Below are positions 1 to 8,719 of a stretch of 64,000 nt of DNA, one piece after another (position 1 is the first letter of the stretch; each line of letters starts with the position of its first letter). The position numbers and the translations under genes are program-made. This DNA comes from an uncultured Candidatus Saccharibacteria bacterium (GTDB lineage Bacteria > Patescibacteriota > Saccharimonadia > Saccharimonadales > JACDBH01). The stretch lies in NCBI GenBank assembly GCA_964431415.1, contig CAYSJS010000005.1:7132-71131 (forward strand). The letters are read 5' to 3'. Below the pieces are notes generated by a model that saw only the letters and a list, made by a program, of their open reading frames with translations, was not told where the DNA came from and did not search any database.

Positions 1-966
1 CATTAACCACATCGAATCACCATATGTATACCGCAGGAAGTATATGTGTGTTACATAAATATCCAGCGTATACAAACCAAGGAACGCAAAGAATGGGTAC
101 AGTTTTTTCTGGAAAGGAAGGCTAAAGAACCAATACACAAAACCAATTCCCACAAAGGGTACGAGATACTTATAAAACAAGGTCACCCACTGGTTCACAT
201 GTATAGTTATGAGATTCCCAATTTCAAGCCGTGCCCAACCGTGGGCAATAAGCCGGGTTTCAAACCAATCCATATAGCCAGGCACATTTAGTCTGCGCCA
301 GCTTACTACGAGCAGAGGGAAAGCTACTACACTGAACGCAAGTGCCACTCTCCGGTAACGCATGAGGCGATCACGATATGCATAGATAAGATACCCAGCG
401 ACCACGAAAGGCAAATGCCAGCGCATGTGACCTATGCCATATTTTCCCGTAGGAATAATAAACAGGGCCAGCCAAACAAGAGGGTAGCTATATAAATGAA
501 GCCACTTTGTTAAATACTTCATGCACGCAAGGGCGCAGAAGTTCAGGAACAACACCCACAAAAACCAAAGCCCATAATCCGGCGCAACCACAATCCGCTT
601 TATGTGTGTAAATAGAGACATGTACCGGTAATTATCATTGAGGTAAAAGCTCAGCAGCCCCCAACTTATAAACGGAATAACCAGTGCGTAAAACTTCTTT
701 TTTATGAATTCAAAGTTCATTGGTTTTGAACTATACGTAGCCGCAGCACCACTCAAGAACATGAAAAGCGGCATGTGAAAAGAATAAATCACTCTAAAAA
801 TAACATTGCTGTCAAAGTCGCCATTTTGCGCATACGACTCTATGGAGTGCCCGAGTACTACCAGCAGTATCGCAACACCCCTTAATACATCAAGAAAAGG
901 ATTATAAGCGCTCTTTTTGACATCAAGCGACCGCTTTTTTCCCTTATTACCCTCGCTCTTCTTCAC
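1..966 (-). CDS. Acyltransferase family 3 membrane O-acyltransferase (partial; 3' end lies beyond position 1)
   Basis: Absent from the ORF track because no stop falls inside the window. Manual minus-strand translation from GTG at 966 gives VKKSEGNKGKKRSLDVKKSAYNPFLDVLRGVAILLVVLGHSIESYAQNG...FHMPLFMFLSGAAATYS. These are the N-terminal LDxLRGxA...H and HMPLFxxxSG motifs typical of acyltransferase_3 proteins. The frame stays open for all 322 codons to position 1 and the rest is hydrophobic and multi-TM. Confidence 0.7.
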   Translation of the reverse strand, partial: MKKSEGNKGKKRSLDVKKSAYNPFLDVLRGVAILLVVLGHSIESYAQNGDFDSNVIFRVIYSFHMPLFMFLSGAAATYSSKPMNFEFIKKKFYALVIPFISWGLLSFYLNDNYRYMSLFTHIKRIVVAPDYGLWFLWVLFLNFCALACMKYLTKWLHLYSYPLVWLALFIIPTGKYGIGHMRWHLPFVVAGYLIYAYRDRLMRYRRVALAFSVVAFPLLVVSWRRLNVPGYMDWFETRLIAHGWARLEIGNLITIHVNQWVTLFYKYLVPFVGIGFVYWFFSLPFQKKLYPFFAFLGLYTLDIYVTHIYFLRYTYGDSMWLM

Positions 967-1100
967 TCGTTCATAATATCAGGGAATTACACCTTAATCA
1001 TGGGAAAGAAACGAAAAAATACAAAATAACTACATTACGGCCAAGATAGGTCAGTTGGTTACGCGGCTAAGCATCTCCCCTAATAAGCTTATGGCTTTTG

Positions 1101-1109
1101 TGATATAAT
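1101..1109 (+). promoter_or_regulatory. Extended -10 promoter element (TGaTATAAT)
   Basis: tgatataat at 1101-1109 sits in the 150-nt gap upstream of the 1121/1202 reading frame. No convincing -35 was seen. Confidence 0.3.
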
Positions 1110-1201
1110 AAGTGTGTTAAAAGATAGGAATTACACTGAAGGGTCAAACTAAAAATCGTCGAAGCAAGCGTCGAAACCTATTTATAGGCCTCGCTATTCT
1201 T

Positions 1202-1681
1202 TTGCTCATAGCTGGTAGTGCATTTGCGTACGCCAAACTCAAAGACGATTCCCCAAAGAGCAATCCTTCTCCCACGGATACGCCAAACTCTGTTAATCTT
1301 GCTCCGCCGACCAAAGAAGAAAAGCAAGAAACACAAAAAGAAAAGGAAGAAAAAAACCAGTCGCAACCAACGCCAACCACCACTACCACAGATGGCCGCA
1401 AAGCGGTTACGCCGCTTATCTCCTATGCAGATGCTTCTACGGTTAGCGCATACGTCCCTGGTATTTTTGAAGAAGGCGGTGCGTGCACGGCCACATTTAC
1501 GTATCAAGACAACAAAATTACACAGACCAGCAAAGGGTTTCAGAATTCAAATTACACCAGCTGTGAGCCGCTCACCCTGCAAAGTCCACTCAACATAAAG
1601 GGCGAATGGGAAGTAACCGTTTCATACTCGTCAACACGTTCCGCCGGCACATCGGCAGTGACTAAAATAAAGGTAAACTAA
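1202..1681 (+). CDS. Small secreted or membrane-anchored protein of unknown function
   Basis: 159-aa ORF with a TTG start in the track. The same frame is open back to 1121, and that extension encodes KNRRSKRRNLFIGLAILLLIAGSAFAYA, a basic stretch plus hydrophobic anchor. The real start is therefore probably upstream. The protein has a Pro/Thr/Lys/Glu-rich linker and a Cys-containing C-terminal domain. Its stop lies 1 nt before the next gene. Confidence 0.5.
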   Translation: MLIAGSAFAYAKLKDDSPKSNPSPTDTPNSVNLAPPTKEEKQETQKEKEEKNQSQPTPTTTTTDGRKAVTPLISYADASTVSAYVPGIFEEGGACTATFTYQDNKITQTSKGFQNSNYTSCEPLTLQSPLNIKGEWEVTVSYSSTRSAGTSAVTKIKVN

Positions 1682-1682
1682 T

Positions 1683-3656
1683 ATGAATAAGTACGTATCA
1701 CGCACATTCTTTATCGCTGCCACGACCTTATTTTTATTTTCCGTATTTACGTCCAGCTTTTTACCTACAAAAAAAGCCAGCGCCCTCGCTAATAGCGATT
1801 TCAACGCGGCACGAATCATAGACGACTCCGTTTTCTTTAATCCGCACACCATGAGCTCGGTGGATATTCAGAACTTCTTAAACAGCAAGGTTCCTGTCTG
1901 CGACACATACCACGCGAGCGGGTACGGGTTTAATCCGCCATTTATATGTTTGAAAGATTATTCTATGACCACACCTTCTGTTGCAGCCGACGCTTTTTGT
2001 GGAGCGATTGGCGGTGGCTCGAAATCTGCAGCGACTATTATTAAAGAGGTTTCCGTTGCCTGCAACATTAACCCTCAGGTCATTCTCGTGCTGCTTCAAA
2101 AAGAACAGATACTGATTACCGACGACTGGCCGCTTCCAACCCAGTACACAAAGGCAACCGGTTTCGGCTGCCCCGACTCCGATCTTCCGGCAGATGTCGA
2201 TGCCAACAACAACAATTGTTACGACGAGTTTGAAGGCTTCTTTTACCAGGTGTATTACGGTGCGCGCCAATACCAGAAATATGCAAAGCAACCGCAACTT
2301 TTTAACTTTAGAGCGGGTCAAACAACAAACATCCAGTACAATCCAGACCCCGGCTGCGGCGGAAGCACGGTTACCATTCAAAACCAGGCGACGGCCGGCC
2401 TCTATAACTACACACCATATCAGCCAAACCCCGCCGTACTCGCTGCACCCCATGGCCAAACTGTAACCTGCGGTGCATATGGCAACATCAACTTCTGGTG
2501 GCAGTTCTGGCAATGGTTTGGCAATCCTATCGGCTCTCCGTATGCATGGCTCATCGACAACTTTTCATATTCTGGCGGCGACAACATACTCACCAAAGGC
2601 TACTCCGAAACACTCACGCTTAAAGCCAAAAACGTAGGCCGAAACCCATGGTATAATGGAGGCCTGAACCCTGTGCGGCTTGGCTCATGGCAGCCCGCAG
2701 ATCACGCAAGCCCGCTACTTAACGGCGGGATACGCTATGCCACATTACAAGAAAGTGTGGTCCAGCCAAACGAAGTAGGAACCTTTACCTTCACCATAAC
2801 GCCAGGCACAGCCGGCACATTTGTTGAGGCCATGAACTTAGTGGTAGAAAACAGCCAGTGGATGTCATGGCCCGGATTTAGCCCTACCGTAGTGGTCGCA
2901 CCAAGCCCGTACCAGTACAGTGTAGAAAACATTATATACAGCAACGGCTCGGGCGTAATGGAGCCGGGCGTACCGCAAGATATGACGGTTGTCGTACGGA
3001 ACACCGGCAACATTACCTGGAGCAAAGTCTCCGGCCCGCCGATATGGCTTGGCACATGGGAGCCAGGCAAGCCTAGCCAAGTAGCTTATCCAGATCCCGG
3101 CAAATGGCCGAGCAATATACGCATAACCCAAATGAACGAGACTACGGTTGCGCCGGGTCAAACAGCCGGTTTTCAGTTTAAGGTTTCGGTACCGGCATCA
3201 GGAAACTTCTTTGAAAAAATCAGCCTCGTTGCAGAGGGTCAGGAATGGATGAGCGGCACACCGCCGACACTTTGGCTAAGCGGTGGCAGCTACGCCTGGG
3301 AGCCTCTGTGGGTCTCTCATAGCACCAATACTGCGAACATTCCTCACGGTCAAAGTTTGCGCTTGACCGTGAAGGCCAAGAACACCGGCAACATCACCTG
3401 GAGAAGCAATATGCGGCTTGCTACCGTTGCACCACTGAATCGTAATTCGGCTTTTTACAGCGACTACTGGCTGTCGGGAGCTCGTCCGGTAAGCCTCCTC
3501 GAAACAAGCGTCCCTCCGGGCGGAACCGGCACGTTCACCTTCATCGCCAACTCTCCAGCCATACCAGGCAGCTACCATGAAAGATTTAGTCTCGTCGCAG
3601 AAGGTCAGGCATGGTTAAACGACCCAGGCTTTAATATCTATATTAATTCTCAGTAG
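1683..3656 (+). CDS. Secreted protein: N-terminal Cys-rich domain (possible glycan or cell-wall hydrolase-like) plus three tandem ~105-120-aa Ig-like repeats
   Basis: 657 aa with an N-terminal signal-like segment (FFIAATTLFLFSVFTSSFLPTKKASA). Three repeats share K(A)KNxGxxxW ... G(T/Q)xxxFxFxxxxPxxxGxxxExxxLVxExxxWM, at roughly 2536-2900, 2901-3283 and 3284-3653. The fold assignment is inference. Confidence 0.7.
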   Translation: MNKYVSRTFFIAATTLFLFSVFTSSFLPTKKASALANSDFNAARIIDDSVFFNPHTMSSVDIQNFLNSKVPVCDTYHASGYGFNPPFICLKDYSMTTPSVAADAFCGAIGGGSKSAATIIKEVSVACNINPQVILVLLQKEQILITDDWPLPTQYTKATGFGCPDSDLPADVDANNNNCYDEFEGFFYQVYYGARQYQKYAKQPQLFNFRAGQTTNIQYNPDPGCGGSTVTIQNQATAGLYNYTPYQPNPAVLAAPHGQTVTCGAYGNINFWWQFWQWFGNPIGSPYAWLIDNFSYSGGDNILTKGYSETLTLKAKNVGRNPWYNGGLNPVRLGSWQPADHASPLLNGGIRYATLQESVVQPNEVGTFTFTITPGTAGTFVEAMNLVVENSQWMSWPGFSPTVVVAPSPYQYSVENIIYSNGSGVMEPGVPQDMTVVVRNTGNITWSKVSGPPIWLGTWEPGKPSQVAYPDPGKWPSNIRITQMNETTVAPGQTAGFQFKVSVPASGNFFEKISLVAEGQEWMSGTPPTLWLSGGSYAWEPLWVSHSTNTANIPHGQSLRLTVKAKNTGNITWRSNMRLATVAPLNRNSAFYSDYWLSGARPVSLLETSVPPGGTGTFTFIANSPAIPGSYHERFSLVAEGQAWLNDPGFNIYINSQ

Positions 3657-5362
3657 CTTGCCAGCCAGTTTCGAATGTCATTCCTGACACGCGCATCAAC
3701 AGGCGCAGGATACTCATGGAGTGGGTGAGTTACGGCATCTTCAATAATACGCACAAGCTCTTCTTCGTCTGCTATTTTCTGAAGATGCATGTTTTTTACG
3801 TCAAAATACCAAACCATACTTATAGGCACATCTTCAGGGTAAGTCATAACCTTCAGTTTGCCATCTACCACTTTCACTTCACCTCTTTTTACGCGGCCCG
3901 GAGATAAAGAAATGCCCCGGATACTCTTTACATTACTGTGTACGCGCAAAAAATTACCCCAGTCGAGTACTTCGTCACTAAAGATCGTTTCGTTATTAAA
4001 GTTTTTGTTTGTATAGGTAGGAACTTCGGCCAAGACCACCATCGCATCTTGGTTTGCTTTATTAACTTGCGGAATTACCTGAGACTTAATGTCCGACTGT
4101 ATTTTTGCGCCCGCAATATAGTTGTTCCTCTGAATTACAAAAGAAAGGATGTACCCCGCGCCGAACAGTACAAATAAAGCCGTTATGTATTTCTTTTTGC
4201 CAATAAATGCCTGCCCGAGTAGCGCCATAGACAGCGAGACCGCCAGCGATATCCCGACAACTCCGCGGTTATTGTAGCCAACTGACGTTGGCGGCGAAAC
4301 GGCAACAAAATGCAGCACACTCACACCAAGCAGTATCAGAACAATCGCAAAAAACAGCACTGCGCTTTTATTAAACTTGATCTTTTTTACTGTTTTGGTA
4401 AGGCCGCTAAGTGCAAGCGCACGAGCGACAAACCAAACACAAACCACAGCTCCTAGAATATATTCCCAACCTAAATTTTTCAGCCGCACAAATGCTGCAA
4501 GCACAAGCATGCTCGTACTCACGATAAATACATACCCGGTGTTAAACAGAACGCGCAGTACGAAATCGAATAGATGCCCGTTCATACTCGAAAAGCGTAC
4601 TTTAGAGATATAGTCATAATATTGCTGAACATAAAAGTGCTGGTAACATACTAAAATCAGCAGAACGATAGCTACCGGCAGCAGGTATTTTTTTACATAA
4701 TCACGAAAGAATGCTGCTTTATTTTTCCCAGGCCTAAGGACATATAGCGGCCAGATCACACTAAGCGCAAAAAGCGGCAAACTCGATTCATATAGAGCCA
4801 AACTGGCGAGCATAAAAACGTACCCAAAGATAAACCGCGACTTCGCTCGCGCATCAACATATTTATTTAACATATAGAACGAGAGGCTCCACATAAGAAA
4901 TGCAATCGCCCCGACACCCTGCATAGCCGGAGAAAAGATTACCGTCGTAGAAACGCTTGGCACGGCCGCGAATATAAAAAATATTGTCGCAAAACGGATC
5001 CCGATACGCTGTTTAAAGATGTTAAAAAGGATACTCACTCCAGTAATCCAAGCGGCAACTGTCACCAGGATATACCCGCCCGCCCACCCACCAAATAGGT
5101 TGGACATAACCGAATAATACAATGCGGCGAGCGGACGATCTGGGTATCCAGGCCAGAAACAAGAGATAGAATGCGCCAGCCCCTCACAGTCTCTACTTAA
5201 CTTGGCAACTGCCCAATCGTCATATATGAGGCCGCCTTGAAAGAGATAGGGGATATATAATATGGCACAATAAAGACCCAAGACTGTGTATAGCGTCCTT
5301 AGTTTAGTGCCAAAGAAAAAACTTTTTATACTTCTTAATGCTCTACCAAGACTTAAAAACAT
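3650..5362 (-). CDS. Polytopic membrane protein, possible GT-C-fold glycosyltransferase
   Basis: 570 aa with more than 10 hydrophobic segments and an acidic YDDW motif just after the first TM (GGLIYDDWAVAKL), as in the first-loop motifs of GT-C enzymes. The C-terminal part is soluble. The start overlaps the upstream gene by 20 nt. Confidence 0.55.
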   Translation of the reverse strand: MFLSLGRALRSIKSFFFGTKLRTLYTVLGLYCAILYIPYLFQGGLIYDDWAVAKLSRDCEGLAHSISCFWPGYPDRPLAALYYSVMSNLFGGWAGGYILVTVAAWITGVSILFNIFKQRIGIRFATIFFIFAAVPSVSTTVIFSPAMQGVGAIAFLMWSLSFYMLNKYVDARAKSRFIFGYVFMLASLALYESSLPLFALSVIWPLYVLRPGKNKAAFFRDYVKKYLLPVAIVLLILVCYQHFYVQQYYDYISKVRFSSMNGHLFDFVLRVLFNTGYVFIVSTSMLVLAAFVRLKNLGWEYILGAVVCVWFVARALALSGLTKTVKKIKFNKSAVLFFAIVLILLGVSVLHFVAVSPPTSVGYNNRGVVGISLAVSLSMALLGQAFIGKKKYITALFVLFGAGYILSFVIQRNNYIAGAKIQSDIKSQVIPQVNKANQDAMVVLAEVPTYTNKNFNNETIFSDEVLDWGNFLRVHSNVKSIRGISLSPGRVKRGEVKVVDGKLKVMTYPEDVPISMVWYFDVKNMHLQKIADEEELVRIIEDAVTHPLHEYPAPVDARVRNDIRNWLASY

Positions 5363-6692
5363 GACGCCTCCTCTTTAGCTTTGCTTGAAGTTCTTGAGCT
5401 ATAACCACATACGCTTGAGGCAAAAATGGCAGATAGAATATTATCGAATTTATGTGCGTGTGTATAAAGCTATGTCCATATCCTACGACCAGCCAGCTAA
5501 AGCCGCCAACAAGCGCAATTAATGTAGAGAAAAGTAATGGTTCCTTATATGCAAATTTCTTTCTGAACTTTCTATAGCGCGCTATACATATAGACGCAAT
5601 AACAACCATAAAGGTGCCTGTACTCGCAAAAATGACATTGTAGGGAAAGGCAAATGCTACCGGGGTAGTGATGGCCGGAGCGGCAATATATTGATATAAA
5701 ACTACCGCATTCTGCCAGACTCTGTCTGTTTTGCTGGCGCTAATATGATTCGTCAGATGCAGGTTCCACTCAAAGAACTCGTAGTCTAACGGCTTAAGTA
5801 ATTTAAGCTGATTCATGATTCCGGCGCCTATATTCGGGTCAACTGCAGCATATGTTCTAAGTTTAGCCCTTTCGTATATCACTCTATATCCTTTTCCTAA
5901 ACCACCGGTCTCATGCGCAGCCTGGGCGAGGTTTATCGAAAAAGCACACAAAAAACCAACAGCCGCAGACACAAGCACCAATGCGCATCGCCTCACAATA
6001 TCTCGCCACTTTCTTTTTTTATGTAGCTCATGCCACACGACCGGCGAAAGAGTGCCTATAGCAAGGGTCGAGGCATACTCATAGCCCGCTAGAAACTTGA
6101 CCATAAATAGCAGTCCCAAAACAACAAAAAATACAGCAGGTTTAAGCCGCAGCTTGTCATACCACGTCCAGGCAAACCAAAGCGGTGTAAGAAGCAGCGG
6201 CAGCAGCCAAAACAAGTTAACGGAAAAAACCACGAGCCACGGAGATAACGCCAATAGTACATACACCAAAAGCTCGTATTTCTTTTCCAGCTTACCCATC
6301 ATCTTTCGGCACATGGAAATAAGCATTACTGCCGATATTATGGCTAGCGAGGTTTTAATGAGCTGCACATAGGCGCGTTGCAGCCCATGGGACGCAGGAT
6401 ATAAAAGCCCCATAAGCCAATAAGGACCACCCGACTGCGAAAAATATGGCACCATGCCTGTGCCGCATCCTTCTCCGGCATGAATAATGAGTAATCCTGA
6501 GTGTGACCCCGCGCCTCGAGCATTTTGACAATCAAAAGCGTTGCGAACCAGCTGCTCGGAATCTGCTTGGAAGGCACTAAAGTTGTAAACGCTTACAGTT
6601 GACAGTATGTTTACTGAAAAAGAAAGAACCACAATAAGACCCGCAAAAAACCGCCAGGTACTAAAATGCAGTTTTTCACTGAACCACTTCAT
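5343..6692 (-). CDS. Polytopic membrane protein of unknown function in the glycan locus
   Basis: 449 aa with multiple TM segments. Its ATG directly abuts the stop of the upstream flavoenzyme gene (TAAATG), which suggests co-translation in one operon. Confidence 0.55.
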   Translation of the reverse strand: MKWFSEKLHFSTWRFFAGLIVVLSFSVNILSTVSVYNFSAFQADSEQLVRNAFDCQNARGAGSHSGLLIIHAGEGCGTGMVPYFSQSGGPYWLMGLLYPASHGLQRAYVQLIKTSLAIISAVMLISMCRKMMGKLEKKYELLVYVLLALSPWLVVFSVNLFWLLPLLLTPLWFAWTWYDKLRLKPAVFFVVLGLLFMVKFLAGYEYASTLAIGTLSPVVWHELHKKRKWRDIVRRCALVLVSAAVGFLCAFSINLAQAAHETGGLGKGYRVIYERAKLRTYAAVDPNIGAGIMNQLKLLKPLDYEFFEWNLHLTNHISASKTDRVWQNAVVLYQYIAAPAITTPVAFAFPYNVIFASTGTFMVVIASICIARYRKFRKKFAYKEPLLFSTLIALVGGFSWLVVGYGHSFIHTHINSIIFYLPFLPQAYVVIAQELQAKLKRRRHVFKSW

Positions 6693-8129
6693 TTATTTGT
6701 CGACAAGGCCAGAAGCCGTAATGGTTGAAGATTCTTGGTACTCATAGTCGCTATTGATATTCCAAAGGTCATGACCGGCTTTATCGACAATATTTTCTGC
6801 TGCCATAATGCCCATTAATATACTGTGATCCTGGTTATTGTATTTAAACGCACCATACCGACCAATAATTTGTAGCTTTTTATATTGCCTAAGGAATTTC
6901 TCGACTTTTTTAAGAGGGCGCTTATAGCCGCTTCTATAGACAGGGTAACATTTCGGAACGCGTACAACTTTTCCGTCCAGTATTTGTTTTGGTTTAATTA
7001 ACCCTGTTTTTACAATCTCTTCTTTTGCAAGCGCCACATACTGTGCGTCGGTCCAATGCCAGAAGTCATCTTCGTCAAAACACCAATATTCAAGGGCTAG
7101 GATGGCTTCTTTTTTGCCGTTATTTATACTGGGAACCCAGTTTTTAAAGTTTGTGATTCTTCCGGTTCTTAGTTCGCTGCTGTGTACATAGATCCAGTTA
7201 TCCGGAAAAATGTTCTGCGCCCGCACCTGCAGGTACACAATTACCGTATTTCTGAATTTCAGGCTCTTATTTGCTTTTTCCACATCCTTTGGTACGTTTT
7301 TTAGCCGTGAGACAAGTAGAGTAAGCGGCATAGAAGATACTACTTCATCGTAGTTTCGCACTTCACCCGATTCTAGCTTGATGCCGCGAACGGTTTTACC
7401 GCTCGTCACAAGCTCGGCCACTGGTGTACGTAGGTAGACTTTTCCGCCGTTCTTTTTTACGTAGTCCCGCATGCGGTTATATACTTCACCGGTTCCGTTA
7501 AGCGGGTATGCAAATTGGTCCACTAGAGTTTTGTGTTTTTCTCCGCCGCCGCCTAAAAACGCACTTTTTACAGCTTCCCACAAAGAAAGTTTTTTAATAC
7601 GCTGAGTGGCAAACTCTGAGTCGAGTTCGGTCGCCGGGATACCCCAGAGTTTTTCGGTATAGGTTTTAAAAAAGTGATTATACAAACGTTTGCCAAAACG
7701 AGCCGATACCCAGGACTCGAAGGTAGTGCCCAAGTCTTCTTTGCCCGGCTTTAGTCTTTGCACTCCATAGCTCAGCATACATAGCGTCGCTTCCCATACT
7801 CCTAAGTTCTTTAGCGCGTCGAATGCCTTAATAGGGTAGTGATAAAACTTATTCCTAAAAAATATACGCGTTAGCCGGTCAACCATTTTGTAATCTTTAC
7901 CGATAACATCGAGCCAGAGTTTGTTAACTCGCGTGTCACTGCTAAAGAAACGATGCGGACCGATATCTACTGTTTGCCCCCACATTTCTATTGATCGTGC
8001 CATACCGCCAACGTGCGGCGAAGCTTCATACAGATGTACCTCTACGCCTTTTTTAGCCAGTGCATATGCCGCCGTCGCTCCTGCCGGTCCTGCACCTATA
8101 ACCGCAACTACTTTTTTAGATCTTGCCAC
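6693..8129 (-). CDS. FAD-dependent oxidoreductase, UDP-galactopyranose-mutase-like superfamily
   Basis: 478 aa. Dinucleotide-binding motif VAVIGAGPAGATAAYALAKKGVEVHLYEASPHVGG, then DIGPHRFFS and FFKTYTEKLWG, which resemble Glf-type signatures. GTG start with GGAGGG 8 nt upstream. Confidence 0.8.
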   Translation of the reverse strand: MARSKKVVAVIGAGPAGATAAYALAKKGVEVHLYEASPHVGGMARSIEMWGQTVDIGPHRFFSSDTRVNKLWLDVIGKDYKMVDRLTRIFFRNKFYHYPIKAFDALKNLGVWEATLCMLSYGVQRLKPGKEDLGTTFESWVSARFGKRLYNHFFKTYTEKLWGIPATELDSEFATQRIKKLSLWEAVKSAFLGGGGEKHKTLVDQFAYPLNGTGEVYNRMRDYVKKNGGKVYLRTPVAELVTSGKTVRGIKLESGEVRNYDEVVSSMPLTLLVSRLKNVPKDVEKANKSLKFRNTVIVYLQVRAQNIFPDNWIYVHSSELRTGRITNFKNWVPSINNGKKEAILALEYWCFDEDDFWHWTDAQYVALAKEEIVKTGLIKPKQILDGKVVRVPKCYPVYRSGYKRPLKKVEKFLRQYKKLQIIGRYGAFKYNNQDHSILMGIMAAENIVDKAGHDLWNINSDYEYQESSTITASGLVDK

Positions 8130-8164
8130 TACTGGTACCCTCCTTGAAACGCAAGCTGTATATC

Positions 8165-8605
8165 TTAGTATAGTATTTTCTTACGAGCTATGAAATTCCA
8201 GAAGAAAACAGCCACCGTAGCAAAAAGTTTTGCTAACCGATAATCTACCCGAAGTTGCTCAACTAACAAGCTTATTATAATTAGGTTTAAAACTAATCCA
8301 ATGGTACAAATAACAACAAATAAGATAAATTCTATCTTTGCCGAAATAAACTTACGGTTAGTAAACACCCAGAACACACTCAGAAAATAATTAACCGTAA
8401 CCCCCACCGTAAAACCGACGGTTGCTGCCAGTAGATAGTTGATTCCGGCTTTTTCTTTCAGCAACACCATGGTTGAAAAGTCGAACACCAGCGCAACCAC
8501 AGACACGACAAGACTGCGTACAAGCTGAACATATGTATTTGGGTGCGGCTCCTTGCCGGCTACCGTCTTGCCCGCATGAACCAGTTTCACGATTTTTTCT
8601 TTCAC
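8165..8605 (-). CDS. GtrA family membrane protein (polyprenyl-phosphate-sugar handling family)
   Basis: 146 aa with four TM segments. It shows the typical GtrA pattern (VRSLVVSVVALVFDFSTMVLL ... VGFTVGVTVNYFLSVFWVF ... FWNFIARKKILY). Confidence 0.8.
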   Translation of the reverse strand: MKEKIVKLVHAGKTVAGKEPHPNTYVQLVRSLVVSVVALVFDFSTMVLLKEKAGINYLLAATVGFTVGVTVNYFLSVFWVFTNRKFISAKIEFILFVVICTIGLVLNLIIISLLVEQLRVDYRLAKLFATVAVFFWNFIARKKILY

Positions 8606-8686
8606 CTAAACCCCATTTCTTTCCAGTTCAGTATACACCCTCTGGCGCTCCCTCTGGCCCGAAATAAAGTAATGATTTATCGCTCG

Positions 8687-8695
8687 TGCTATACT
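8687..8695 (+). promoter_or_regulatory. Extended -10 element (TGcTATACT) upstream of fcl
   Basis: tgctatact at 8687-8695 lies 25 nt upstream of the fcl ATG, with an AGAGG RBS in between. Confidence 0.3.
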
Positions 8696-8719
8696 GACTT
8701 CTGCTAAAATAGAGGTTAT

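Noticed and set aside
46-291. 81-aa plus-strand ORF at the window start
   Set aside because: It lies entirely inside, and antisense to, a 322-codon open frame with clear acyltransferase-3 motifs. It is a shadow ORF.
1178-1598. Alternative-frame and antisense ORFs (1178..1507 -, 1218..1598 +, 1144..1401 -) overlapping the 1202..1681 gene
   Set aside because: Their sequences are low-complexity K/R/F-rich, generated by the repetitive aaag/gaa linker region. They have no motifs, and the 1202 frame has a coherent anchor-linker-domain architecture.
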